50,863 nt of DNA. Source: Thermodesulfovibrionales bacterium (GTDB lineage: Bacteria > Nitrospirota > Thermodesulfovibrionia > Thermodesulfovibrionales > UBA6898). The DNA lies in assembly GCA_041577035.1 (NCBI GenBank), contig JBFGJU010000001.1, forward strand, positions 1-50,863, in the 5' to 3' direction. A program made the position numbers and the translations under genes. The first letter of the stretch is position 1; every line of letters begins with the position of its first letter. Shown here in pieces: positions 41,084 through 50,772 of this stretch. The notes under the pieces were generated by a model that made no database searches, was not told the origin of the DNA, and was given only the letters and a program-made list of their open reading frames with translations.

Positions 41084-42166
41084 TCATTTTTCAAAGAGTT
41101 TGAGATATTCCCTGTATCCTTCTTCTTCAAGGTCCTCCTTGGGTATGAACCTAAGGGCCGCAGAATTAATGCAGTAACGGAGGCCGGTGGGTTCAGGCCC
41201 GTCATTAAATACATGACCGAGATGAGAATCCCCAAATTTGCTCCGCACTTCGGTTCTTGTCATGAACAGACGTTTATCTTCTTTTTCAATTATGTTTTCA
41301 GAAGCGAGTGGCCTGGTAAAGCTAGGCCAACCAGTTCCGGATTTAAATTTATCAGTGGAGCTGAACAGAGGCTCGCCTGATACAATATCCACATAAATGC
41401 CTTCCTTTTTATTGTCCCAGTACGTGTTGTTAAAAGCGGGTTCAGTGCCATCTCGCTGAGTAACTTTGTATTGCAGGGGTGTCAGTTCCTTTTTCAACTC
41501 TTCCTGAGACGGTTTGCTGTATTGTTTCATATTTTCACCTTCTTTATAGGATTCTGCTCGATCTCCCCAGACCTTTTTCAGGTACTGATCTCTGCCGGAA
41601 TAGAAGCGGTAGAGTTTGTACCGTATTTTATTATTCTTTGCATAATCCTGATGGTATTCTTCTGCCTTATAGAATTCGGATGCAGGAAGAATTTCAGTAA
41701 CAATGGATTTTTCATACCGCCCGGATTTTTGCATCTCACCCCTCGACCGTTCTGCCTGTTCTTTCTGATCTTGATTATGATAATAAATGGCAGTACTATA
41801 CTGGAAACCACGGTCAACAAACTGACCGTCAGGATCAGTTGGATCTATCTGTCTCCAGAATATGTCGAGAAGCCTTTCGTACGATACTTCAGTCGGGTTA
41901 TACAGTATTTCAACCGCCTCGCGATGACCGGTAGTGCCCGATGAGACCTCTTTATATGTGGGATTTTTCTTCTGTCCCCCGGTATATCCTGAAACAACGT
42001 CCGTCACGCCTGCAAGATCTTCAAAAGGGTGTTCCATGCACCAGAAACAGCCTCCAGCAAAGGTCGCTTTCTGGAGTTTTGTCTCAGAAGAAGAAACAGC
42101 CTGCATAAGCAAAAGGCACAATAGTATTGTGAGCGTTATGTAAATCGTCCGGTATATTTTGGTCAC
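41084..42166 (-). CDS. msrAB: secreted bifunctional methionine sulfoxide reductase MsrA-MsrB
   Basis: GTG start. N-terminal signal peptide ([17 protein letters not shown]). MsrA motif [11 protein letters not shown]. MsrB motifs GTGWPSF and RYCINSAAL. Confidence 0.88.
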   Translation of the reverse strand: MTKIYRTIYITLTILLCLLLMQAVSSSETKLQKATFAGGCFWCMEHPFEDLAGVTDVVSGYTGGQKKNPTYKEVSSGTTGHREAVEILYNPTEVSYERLLDIFWRQIDPTDPDGQFVDRGFQYSTAIYYHNQDQKEQAERSRGEMQKSGRYEKSIVTEILPASEFYKAEEYHQDYAKNNKIRYKLYRFYSGRDQYLKKVWGDRAESYKEGENMKQYSKPSQEELKKELTPLQYKVTQRDGTEPAFNNTYWDNKKEGIYVDIVSGEPLFSSTDKFKSGTGWPSFTRPLASENIIEKEDKRLFMTRTEVRSKFGDSHLGHVFNDGPEPTGLRYCINSAALRFIPKEDLEEEGYREYLKLFEK

Positions 42167-42236
42167 TTCCTTTCATTATATTCTCCTGATCCTATTATAA
42201 ATATTCGTCCAGAAATTATGCACTCAAACGTGAGAT

Positions 42237-43586
42237 TTATAGTTCTGTCTGCGGAAGGATAAAATAGAAGTTATTTCCGTATTCTTTTGGTTCATACCCG
42301 GTCACGCCGCCGTGTATTTCAATAATGTTCTTGATAAAGGTAAGCCCGTGTCCGGTGCCGGGTATGTCCCGGGCATTGGATCCCCTGAAATCTTCCTCAA
42401 AAATACTTGTCCGCTCTTCCTCTGGAATGTGGGGGCCGGTCGTAAAAACATTATATTTAGAGCCGTCTTTGCCGGCACCGAAATAATCATTAATTATTTC
42501 GTATCCGTATGCCATAAATTTCTTTTTTTCGCTTTCTATTTCGACTTCGAGGGTATATTTGAGGGCATTTGAGAACAGGTTTGCAAATACCTGTGACAAC
42601 AGGCCGACATCAACGACATTTATAATCTCTTCATCAGGGATTCCGCTTACCCGGTCGTCGATCGTTATGCCTGCTCTTCTGAACTGCTCCCGGTACCGTT
42701 CCAGCTGGGGCTGGAGGACTTCTTTTTTTATGTTGCAGGGTTTGGTGCGTAGGACCAGTCTGCCCTGGTCAAAATGACTCTTTCTGAAGAGGGTTTCTAT
42801 AAAGAGGGTCATATTTTTATAGTGCATTTCAATATTGTCAAGTTCTCTCGAGAAATCGCTGTGAATATCAGATAACTCCGCCACGATAGTATCCGTGAAA
42901 GCATGATCAGCAGTAACGGACGCGTATTCAGAAAGGCGTTTTTCCATATGACCAATTTTAGTCGCTATGAACCTGAGATGCTTCAGAAACAGCTTATAAA
43001 CCATATTGGGAACTATGACGTTATGTTCGATGTCCGCTACGAGAGACCGGATGAAATCAAGGTGTTCAATATTCTTTTCGACAAGAAACCTGTTATGAAG
43101 GTTGAACCCGATTCGGTTGGCAAATTTCTCGAAAAACAGCTCCCTGTGAGTATCAATATTGTGGGCCGGGGACAGTTCAAGCAGTGCCAGGACATCATCA
43201 GCGAGATGAAACGGGAGTTCTTCTATCTGCATTTTCTTGCCCCGAATGGTCAGGACAAGGCTATTTCCGGCAGTATAATACGGATTGACACCCGGCAGAA
43301 GTTCGGCAGGAGCCGGGGTATCAAGTGTGAACCCGGTCTCCTGAGAAGTTGCCTTGAGGATAAAAGCACGGGTTCCCGGATCAGCAAGGTACAGGCGGGC
43401 ATCAAGGTCAAAAAATTCTTTAGGAATGGCAATGCACAGATTATAAAAATCTTTTATACCACTAAACTCCTGTGCAAGATCAAAAAAAGTCTTTAACGCG
43501 CTATTTTCTGTGCGGGTAAAATTATAACGGTTGTAATCCGATTTCTTGCCAGCGATTCGTTCAGTGATATGCTTGAATATGCTCAT
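42237..43586 (-). CDS. soluble sensor histidine kinase-like protein (GAF-like N-terminus, HATPase_c)
   Basis: N box NLFSNALKYT and G2 box GTGHGLTFIKNIIEIHGG. The candidate phospho-His region (SLVADIEHNVIVP) is non-canonical. No TM segments. Confidence 0.7.
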   Translation of the reverse strand: MSIFKHITERIAGKKSDYNRYNFTRTENSALKTFFDLAQEFSGIKDFYNLCIAIPKEFFDLDARLYLADPGTRAFILKATSQETGFTLDTPAPAELLPGVNPYYTAGNSLVLTIRGKKMQIEELPFHLADDVLALLELSPAHNIDTHRELFFEKFANRIGFNLHNRFLVEKNIEHLDFIRSLVADIEHNVIVPNMVYKLFLKHLRFIATKIGHMEKRLSEYASVTADHAFTDTIVAELSDIHSDFSRELDNIEMHYKNMTLFIETLFRKSHFDQGRLVLRTKPCNIKKEVLQPQLERYREQFRRAGITIDDRVSGIPDEEIINVVDVGLLSQVFANLFSNALKYTLEVEIESEKKKFMAYGYEIINDYFGAGKDGSKYNVFTTGPHIPEEERTSIFEEDFRGSNARDIPGTGHGLTFIKNIIEIHGGVTGYEPKEYGNNFYFILPQTEL

Positions 43587-43855
43587 AACGGAAACGTAAG
43601 AACCCCTTTTTTGTGTCGTGCAGATGCCAGTAAAGCACTCTGCACGTCCTCACCGATCATGTGCGAGTGTATCCATGTTGGCCCGAAATCATCCTGCGAT
43701 AGAGCAGTATACGTCTTGTTTGCGGGCTGCAAAACAGCTGCTATCGGCTCACACAGATACGAGTATATCTATCATGAATTATACAACAGATTCAGCATAG
43801 AACAAAAAAGGGTTTGCCCGGCAATCGCGGGCCTCGGAAGTGCTATAATAATAAA

Positions 43856-44395
43856 ATGAACCAATTGAGAAAACGTGCGTTCATTGCTGCCTGCATGGTT
43901 TTGGCTTTTTCGTTCATAGGCGCATGCGCCGGGAGGCATCCCCTCAGAACAGCCCCTGTTGCGGAAACGGACCGGATAAGGGGTATGTTCAGGGTCATTC
44001 TCTACGGGACCGCGAGTTATGACTGGCTTGAATCAGTTGCCCTGCTTGACAGAGAAGGAGATGGATATCTTCTTGAGCCATATGCTCCTGATTTTAATTA
44101 TCGGGTTCTGCAAAATGTGGATGATGAAAATGCAATCGATGAAGCTATCCACTTTATCAGTGCTCACCAGGATTATTATGCCTTTGCAACGAAGAAGATC
44201 CTGGCTGAAGACGGAAAGACAATTGGATATGAGATAAAGCCGACTTACTATCCCTTTGTCTATGGATTCAGGGAAGTTCTTGATGTTGATTACTTCCTTC
44301 TGGAAAACGGTACCGTGAAAGTGACAATCGAAGTAATTCCTCCGGTTAGAGAGCTTTTTTTGGGTGGTGATGATCCTGGCATATCATTTCAGTAA
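43856..44395 (+). CDS. hypothetical lipoprotein
   Basis: ATG 43856. Signal peptide MNQLRKRAFIAACMVLAFSFIGAC with lipobox FIGAC. No recognisable domain. Confidence 0.55.
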   Translation: MNQLRKRAFIAACMVLAFSFIGACAGRHPLRTAPVAETDRIRGMFRVILYGTASYDWLESVALLDREGDGYLLEPYAPDFNYRVLQNVDDENAIDEAIHFISAHQDYYAFATKKILAEDGKTIGYEIKPTYYPFVYGFREVLDVDYFLLENGTVKVTIEVIPPVRELFLGGDDPGISFQ

Positions 44396-44494
44396 GAGTG
44401 CATAGTTGCCGGAAACCCGATACCCCTGCTACACACTGTCCCTGCGTGCAAAGCAGTAATTTGCCTTCCCGAATCTTCCGTAATGGACAGGGTA

Positions 44495-45322
44495 TCACGA
44501 CCTGGCAGAATTCCGGTAGCGCTGACAAAGTTCATATCCTCTTGGATTTCCTATGTCAAATATCCGTCCGGGTAATCTGCAGGCGAGAAGTTCCTGTTCC
44601 TGAAGCATTACGTTACGAAAGTATATATCAGTAAACTCTCCTGTCTTGGCTGATTCCCGTGCTTTCTCAATATATTCAAAGATGTGCGGATAAACAATAA
44701 AAATGCCACAGGATCTGAGCTCGCCTCTGAATCGGGGAATAAAATACCCATCTCCCTTTGGATAAAAGTGCTTGATGGTATAAATATCACCTGTAACGTG
44801 GCTGAGCCTTACTCGTCCTGAATTGCCGATTCCCTCCACATAGTCATTGCTGACCGTGAAAAGAGCGGTAACATCTTTTTTATAATGACCGAAAACAGAC
44901 TTTAGAATGAGTAATGCTCCTGGAGCAGGAAAGTAGATGTTATCGGGATACATAACAGCAAGGACTTCATGGCCCACGAAATCTCTTGCGAGGCTCAGTG
45001 CATCTGCTTCACCAAGAGGCTTTTGCTGATAAAGAAATGTGATGCTGCACTGTCCTATCGTTGTGTCAATCTTTTCATCCAGATGCGGGAACATACTCTG
45101 TCGGAATTTTCTATCTTCGAAATACCTGCGAATATTCTCTTTTTCCTTGCTGATAATAATTACAAGCTTTTTGAGGCCGGCGGACAGACCTTCCTGAACT
45201 GCATAGTGTATGGCAGGTATACCATTAATAGGAAGCATTTCTTTGGGTGTATCAGGATATGCCGGCCTCATTCTGGTACCGAGACCTGCTGCGGGGATCA
45301 CGAGATAACGTGGTTCTTCCAA
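44495..45322 (-). CDS. sugar-phosphate nucleotidyltransferase (UTP-glucose-1-phosphate uridylyltransferase-like)
   Basis: TTG start with AGGAGG 6 nt upstream. IPAAGLGTRMRP and PKEMLP motifs of the NTP_transferase fold. Confidence 0.75.
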   Translation of the reverse strand: MEEPRYLVIPAAGLGTRMRPAYPDTPKEMLPINGIPAIHYAVQEGLSAGLKKLVIIISKEKENIRRYFEDRKFRQSMFPHLDEKIDTTIGQCSITFLYQQKPLGEADALSLARDFVGHEVLAVMYPDNIYFPAPGALLILKSVFGHYKKDVTALFTVSNDYVEGIGNSGRVRLSHVTGDIYTIKHFYPKGDGYFIPRFRGELRSCGIFIVYPHIFEYIEKARESAKTGEFTDIYFRNVMLQEQELLACRLPGRIFDIGNPRGYELCQRYRNSARS

Positions 45323-45460
45323 TGAGCGCCTCCTGGATTTTGCATAATATAAGAAAAAATCATATTAAATTGTATCAGAGCACTGAAGGAATTGTTGAGG
45401 TATTTCCAAATAAGTAATATAGTGTATGGAGAAGCACTATAGAGGAAGGGTATTTTCACC

Positions 45461-46237
45461 ATGAAGAGAAGTGTTTTCTTATCACGTGCAGTCTTCGTAA
45501 TATACCTATTCATTTCGCATGTGCCCCAGGGAGTGCTTGCTCAGGACGACATCATTGACGTGGAAACGATCGTTGATAAGGTAGATAAGCTCTATAGGAG
45601 CAAAACGAGTCAGGGGCAGCTAGAAATGACGATTAATACGGAAAACTGGTCGCGCACACTAAAAATGGACATGTGGAGTGAAGGAATGGAGAAGACCTTC
45701 ATATATATAACGTATCCGAAAAAGGATGCGGGCATTGCGACACTCCGAATAGAGAATGAAATGTGGAACTATTTCCCGAAGATCAACAAGGTTATGAAGA
45801 TTCCACCCTCAATGATGATGAGTTCATGGATGGGCTCTGATTTTACGAACGATGATCTGGTCAAAGAAAGCTCACTATTGAGAGATTATCATTACCGGCT
45901 TCTTACGGATGAAGATCAAGATCCTGACTATTATTATGTTGAACTAACACCGAAAAAGGATATTCCTACTGTATGGGGTAAAATCATCATGATTGTAAGA
46001 AAGAAAGACTATATACCGGTACAGGAAATTTATTACGATGAAAAAGGGAAGAAAATACGAGAGATGAATTTCAAGGAGATAATCGTCTTTGGCAGCCGGA
46101 GCATTCCCTCTGTAATCGAACTGGTGCCACTGAACAAAAAAGATAAAAAAACTGTTATTAGATACAAAACATTACTCTTTGATGAAGAGCATGATAAGGA
46201 AACTTTTACTCTCAGGCAGTTACGGAAAAGAAGATAG
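45461..46237 (+). CDS. LolA-like outer-membrane lipoprotein-sorting family protein (periplasmic)
   Basis: Signal peptide. MWNYFPKINKVMKIPPSMMMSSWMGSDFTNDDL matches the pattern I associate with the LolA_like family that clusters with FtsX/MMPL transporters. Confidence 0.65.
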   Translation: MKRSVFLSRAVFVIYLFISHVPQGVLAQDDIIDVETIVDKVDKLYRSKTSQGQLEMTINTENWSRTLKMDMWSEGMEKTFIYITYPKKDAGIATLRIENEMWNYFPKINKVMKIPPSMMMSSWMGSDFTNDDLVKESSLLRDYHYRLLTDEDQDPDYYYVELTPKKDIPTVWGKIIMIVRKKDYIPVQEIYYDEKGKKIREMNFKEIIVFGSRSIPSVIELVPLNKKDKKTVIRYKTLLFDEEHDKETFTLRQLRKRR

Positions 46238-46290
46238 AAGCTCGGGAAATAATGATCCGGGGGTGTACACTGCGTGGCACATGACATAAA

Positions 46291-47508
46291 GTGATTATTC
46301 CGCGAATAGCATTTCGCAATATATTCCGTCACAGGAGGCGGTCTTTTCTTACCGGCCTTATGATGGCAGGGGGATGCATCCTCTTCGCGGTATTCATAGG
46401 CATGGTAGACGGAAGCTACGGCAATCTTATTGACATGTTTACCCGTGACCACACAGGACATATACAGATTCACCGTATGGGTTATCTGAATAGGCCCTCG
46501 ATCTACCGGATCATCACGGACCCTGAAACTGCCGGAGAAAAAATATCCCATCTTACTGATGTAACAGCGTGGGCACCGCGCATATATACCCCGGCGCTTG
46601 CGTTCGCCGGGACGAAAACGAGCGGCGTGTCAGTGACGGGAATTGATCCACTTCGTGAGGCGAAGACTACAAGGATAACAACAAAGATCAGGAAGGGGAG
46701 GTTTCTGACCCGGGACCCGCTGTACGAAATAATCATTAGTGACCGGCTATCACGGCTTCTGAACATTAGTCTCGGTGATGAGATTGCGCTGATTGCGCAA
46801 GGCATCGATGGATCTATAGCTAATGACCTTTTTACGGTCGTCGGCATAACAGGGATGAAAGGAGCCGCTAACGAGGGATCGACCTGTTATATGCATATAG
46901 AGCGCGCACGGCAATTTCTTTCAATGCCCGGAGGTGTCCATGAGATTGCAGTGATACTGACGGATCATGCAAAAACGCTCAGTACAGTAGACATAATTCG
47001 TCGGGAATTGAACGTTGACATACTTGAGGTACATCCATGGCAGGATGTTGAACAACAATTCTACAGGGCTATGAAGGCGGACATGAAAGGAAACTGGATT
47101 ACCATCATAGTCTTTACGATTATTATAGCCATTGGGGTACTTAATACGGTACTTATGGTCATTCTTGAGCGGACAAGAGAGTTTGGCGTAATGCGCGCAC
47201 TCGGCACCCGTTCACGCCAGATATTCGTGCTGATAGTACTTGAAACAGTGTTTCTTTCTTTTTTGAGCATCGTATTCGGTACTGCGGGAGGAATTCTGGC
47301 AAACTGGCTGCTGTCCGTGCACGGCATTACCCTTTCTCAACCAATAGACTGGGGAGGATTCCTCTTTGACACCATAACGGCTAAAGTTACGATACGGTCG
47401 ATAGTGATCCCGATCGCGGTCATTGTGGGCACTGCCATTGCTGTCAGCATTCCGCCTGCTGTCAGGGCGGCACGGATACGACCGGTTAAGGCTTTGAGGT
47501 CCGTATGA
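46291..47508 (+). CDS. ABC transporter permease, FtsX/MacB/LolC-E type
   Basis: GTG start. N-terminal IAFRNIFRHRRRS, TM1, a large periplasmic domain, then three C-terminal TM helices (FtsX fold). 405 aa. Confidence 0.85.
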   Translation: MIIPRIAFRNIFRHRRRSFLTGLMMAGGCILFAVFIGMVDGSYGNLIDMFTRDHTGHIQIHRMGYLNRPSIYRIITDPETAGEKISHLTDVTAWAPRIYTPALAFAGTKTSGVSVTGIDPLREAKTTRITTKIRKGRFLTRDPLYEIIISDRLSRLLNISLGDEIALIAQGIDGSIANDLFTVVGITGMKGAANEGSTCYMHIERARQFLSMPGGVHEIAVILTDHAKTLSTVDIIRRELNVDILEVHPWQDVEQQFYRAMKADMKGNWITIIVFTIIIAIGVLNTVLMVILERTREFGVMRALGTRSRQIFVLIVLETVFLSFLSIVFGTAGGILANWLLSVHGITLSQPIDWGGFLFDTITAKVTIRSIVIPIAVIVGTAIAVSIPPAVRAARIRPVKALRSV

Positions 47509-48731
47509 AGCTTCTGATTAAGCTCGCCTGGAGAAACGTGCTCAGAAACAAAAGACGAACCGTACTCTCAGGACTTGCCGTTGGTATCGGACTTGCATCA
47601 ATGATATTTGTCGATGCGCTCACGGCCGGCATGCTCGAGAGTATGATAAAAACGGCAACGGACACACTTCTTGGCCATGGACAGATTCATGCAGATGGGT
47701 TCAGGGATACGTTAGCGGTTGAAAAGACTATAAAAGATTCGGAAACCTTGCTAAACAGCCTTCATTCAGATGATGCGCTTTCGGCGTTTTCGCCGAGAAC
47801 CGTTTCCTATACAATGCTCAGTTCAACAGCTGGATCGGAGGCGGTTCTGTTATACGGAATAGCACCGGAGACAGAGCGAAATATATCCGTATTGGATGAA
47901 GCAATACAGAAGGGTGCGTACCTCGAGTCCAGTGACGACGATATCATTCTTATTGGTTCCAAAACAGCCGAAATTCTGGAGGTATCAGTGGGAGACCGAA
48001 TGGTAATTACCGTAGCCCGTGCATACACAGGGGAACTCTCGCAGGATATGTTCAGAGTGGGGGGAATATTCCATATGGGAATTCGGGAGGTAGATCAGGG
48101 TCTTGCATATATTAGTATCGATAAAGCCAGGAAGCTGCTTGGCCTCGGCACAGCGGTACATGAGATAGCTCTAAGGTTCAAGAGCCTTGAGATGGCCGGT
48201 GATTCTTCTCTGCCCTTCTGGAAAAGATATTCAGGAAACGGCAATGAGGCGATCGGGTGGCGTGAGCTGGTACCACAACTGGACAGCGTTATCAAGATGT
48301 CCGCGGTATCAACAGGAATCACGATGTTTCTGGTGTTCGGCATCGTTGCCCTAAGCATTATGAACTCCCTCTTTATGTCCCTCTATGAAAGAATGTTCGA
48401 GTTTGGTATTCTCAGGGCAATAGGTACGAGGCCCGTACGACTTGCTTCAATAATACTGCTCGAAGCAGTTTCACTGTCATGGATAAGCATTCTCATCGGA
48501 GTCATGTTGGGATACGGGGTAATCCAGTTTTTTTCTGTTTACGGAATAGATTATAGAGGAATTGAATTTGCTGATATAACTATCACAGAATTTCTCTATC
48601 CTGTTATGAATATCAAGCAGTTTACGGTCTTTCCGTTCGTAATCATGCTCTTTTCCATAATTGCGGCAGTTTATCCAGCGGTATTCGCGGCGAGACTTAC
48701 CCCCGCCCATGCCATGCGGAGGAGCATGTAA
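47505..48731 (+). CDS. ABC transporter permease, FtsX/MacB/LolC-E type (second paralog)
   Basis: ATGA start/stop overlap with the upstream permease. LAWRNVLRNKRRT. Same topology. 408 aa. Confidence 0.85.
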   Translation: MKLLIKLAWRNVLRNKRRTVLSGLAVGIGLASMIFVDALTAGMLESMIKTATDTLLGHGQIHADGFRDTLAVEKTIKDSETLLNSLHSDDALSAFSPRTVSYTMLSSTAGSEAVLLYGIAPETERNISVLDEAIQKGAYLESSDDDIILIGSKTAEILEVSVGDRMVITVARAYTGELSQDMFRVGGIFHMGIREVDQGLAYISIDKARKLLGLGTAVHEIALRFKSLEMAGDSSLPFWKRYSGNGNEAIGWRELVPQLDSVIKMSAVSTGITMFLVFGIVALSIMNSLFMSLYERMFEFGILRAIGTRPVRLASIILLEAVSLSWISILIGVMLGYGVIQFFSVYGIDYRGIEFADITITEFLYPVMNIKQFTVFPFVIMLFSIIAAVYPAVFAARLTPAHAMRRSM

Positions 48732-48745
48732 AGAGGAGGTTCCGG

Positions 48746-49438
48746 ATGTCGGAAGAGATTATCGCAGTTAAAAATATCACAAAAATTTATGGTACAGACG
48801 GAGTCGAAATTCATGCGCTCAGGTCTCTGAACCTCACGATACGGCGAGGTGAGTTTACCGCTATTGCGGGCCCCTCCGGTTCTGGCAAAACCACTCTCCT
48901 CAATATCATAAGCGGCCTTGATAGACCCAGTGAGGGAAAAGTTATGCTGGCCGAGAGACTGTTGAGTGATATGAAAGGCAATGAACTTTCCGACTATCGC
49001 AGAGACCATATCGGGTTTATTTTTCAGTCTTATAATCTTATCCCGGTGCTGTCGGCCAGAGAAAACATTGAATATATTATGCTGCTCCAGGGTATCGGCG
49101 AAGATGAACGGCACTCGCGGGTTAGGTCAATATTGAAAGAAGTTGGTATGGAGGATATGGGAGAACGAAGACCGGATCAACTCTCTGGCGGACAGCAGCA
49201 GCGCGTTGCTGTTGCACGGGCTATGGTTACAGAGCCGGAAATCATACTCGCGGACGAGCCTACTGCTAATCTTGACTCCTCAACCGGTGCAGCGCTCCTT
49301 GGCATGATGCGGGAACTGAATGAAAGAAAAAACATGACATTTCTGTTTTCTACGCACGATCCGATGATCATGGAACGAGCGAAACGGCTCGTCATCTTAA
49401 AGGATGGACAGGTAGCACGCGATGAGACAAGAGAATAA
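48746..49438 (+). CDS. ABC transporter ATP-binding protein (LolD/MacB-type)
   Basis: Walker A GPSGSGKTT, signature LSGGQQQR and Walker B ILADEPT. 230 aa. Confidence 0.92.
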   Translation: MSEEIIAVKNITKIYGTDGVEIHALRSLNLTIRRGEFTAIAGPSGSGKTTLLNIISGLDRPSEGKVMLAERLLSDMKGNELSDYRRDHIGFIFQSYNLIPVLSARENIEYIMLLQGIGEDERHSRVRSILKEVGMEDMGERRPDQLSGGQQQRVAVARAMVTEPEIILADEPTANLDSSTGAALLGMMRELNERKNMTFLFSTHDPMIMERAKRLVILKDGQVARDETRE

Positions 49439-50750
49439 GGGGGAAAGCTCAGCAGCACGATTCAGAGCATACTCATTCGGATGTTTTCTTCTTTTTTTGG
49501 TTTTTTCCCTGCTTCCGGCTGTTGTTCCGGCTGATGAAAGCAGACCGAAGGTACATGGATATGTCAAAACGATTCTGACCCTCAATGATTTTAGCGGCTC
49601 TGATGTTTTAATCGCCGGAAATACTCTGGAAGACAGACCGGAAGTTGCCTGGACCTCAATCACTACTCTCAGATTAAGCCTCTTCTGGCAACGTGGTGAA
49701 TCAGCCTCGGCTGAGCTTGCATATGAACTCATCCCCCGCATTCAGGATGATTCAGTAGAGTCTTTTTTTGCCCTTCAGGCTGCAAATCCGCTGACGTACC
49801 GGGCGATTGATTTTAGCGAAGAAATAACAGTTACGGGCGATGCCAGTTCCCTGAACATTTTTCAAAATCTGGACCGGGCATTTGTAACATTATCTCCTTC
49901 ATTCGGTGATATCTCTATCGGGCGTCAACCTGTTGCTTTTGGATCAGCACGCTTTATCAATCCGACGGACATCTTCACATCATTCAGTTATATAGAGCTG
50001 AACAATGAAGAAAGAATTGGAGTTGACGCGATGAGGGTCAGGGTGCCGGTGGGTGCACTGGGAGAACTTGACGCAGGGACTGTGTTTGGAGATGATTTTA
50101 GACTGACTGAGAGCGCGGCTTTTCTGAGAATGAGATTGCCGGTGCTCGGCATGGATTTTTCCCCTCTCGCTATCTTGTTCAAGGAAAATGTGCTGCTGGG
50201 TGTTGATATTGCCACGTCGATAGGAGGGGCGGGATTCTGGTTTGAAGGCGCGTATACATTCGCAAATCTTGCTGATCATCATGAGGCGGATCAGGATTAT
50301 ATGCGGCTCTCTACAGGATTTGATTACAGCTTTACCGATACACTCTATGCCTCCATAGAATACCACTATAACAGTGCAGGCAGCTCTGATCCTGATGACT
50401 ATGACGAAATCCTCAACGGCCTTGAAAAAGAAATAGCCTATACAGAAGGCGCGGTATATCTTCTCGGCTCTCATTACATAGCCCCTAGTTTTACCTGGCA
50501 GGCATCGCCTCTTATGTCATTCAGTTCCAGAGTCCTCTTTAACTGGGGAGATCGCTCGCTCCTGTTTTTCCCGGATATTCAGTACAGCATCTCAGATAAT
50601 GCCGTACTCGAAGCAGGTGCGTTTATCAGCGTGGGAAGCGAATCTGATATTGTTATTAACAGATACAGTGGCTCTGCCGTTGTATCGGCTGAATCGGAAT
50701 TTGGCCTTTACCCTGATACCTATTTTATTTCAGCACGAATATATTTTTAG
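49422..50750 (+). CDS. predicted outer-membrane beta-barrel protein, unknown family
   Basis: The start overlaps the ATPase 3' end by 17 nt. Signal-like hydrophobic segment (FGCFLLFLVFSLLPAVVPA). Alternating hydrophobic strands. C-terminal ...SARIYF with a terminal Phe. Confidence 0.6.
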   Translation: MRQENKGESSAARFRAYSFGCFLLFLVFSLLPAVVPADESRPKVHGYVKTILTLNDFSGSDVLIAGNTLEDRPEVAWTSITTLRLSLFWQRGESASAELAYELIPRIQDDSVESFFALQAANPLTYRAIDFSEEITVTGDASSLNIFQNLDRAFVTLSPSFGDISIGRQPVAFGSARFINPTDIFTSFSYIELNNEERIGVDAMRVRVPVGALGELDAGTVFGDDFRLTESAAFLRMRLPVLGMDFSPLAILFKENVLLGVDIATSIGGAGFWFEGAYTFANLADHHEADQDYMRLSTGFDYSFTDTLYASIEYHYNSAGSSDPDDYDEILNGLEKEIAYTEGAVYLLGSHYIAPSFTWQASPLMSFSSRVLFNWGDRSLLFFPDIQYSISDNAVLEAGAFISVGSESDIVINRYSGSAVVSAESEFGLYPDTYFISARIYF

Positions 50751-50772
50751 TGAATCATAACGTTGTCATCTG

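Noticed and set aside
49422-49438. 17-nt overlap between the ABC ATPase and the barrel gene, as a possible frameshift or fusion site.
   Set aside because: Both ORFs are complete in their own frames: the ATPase has a normal C-terminus and the barrel has its own signal-like N-terminus. Short overlaps are ordinary translational coupling.
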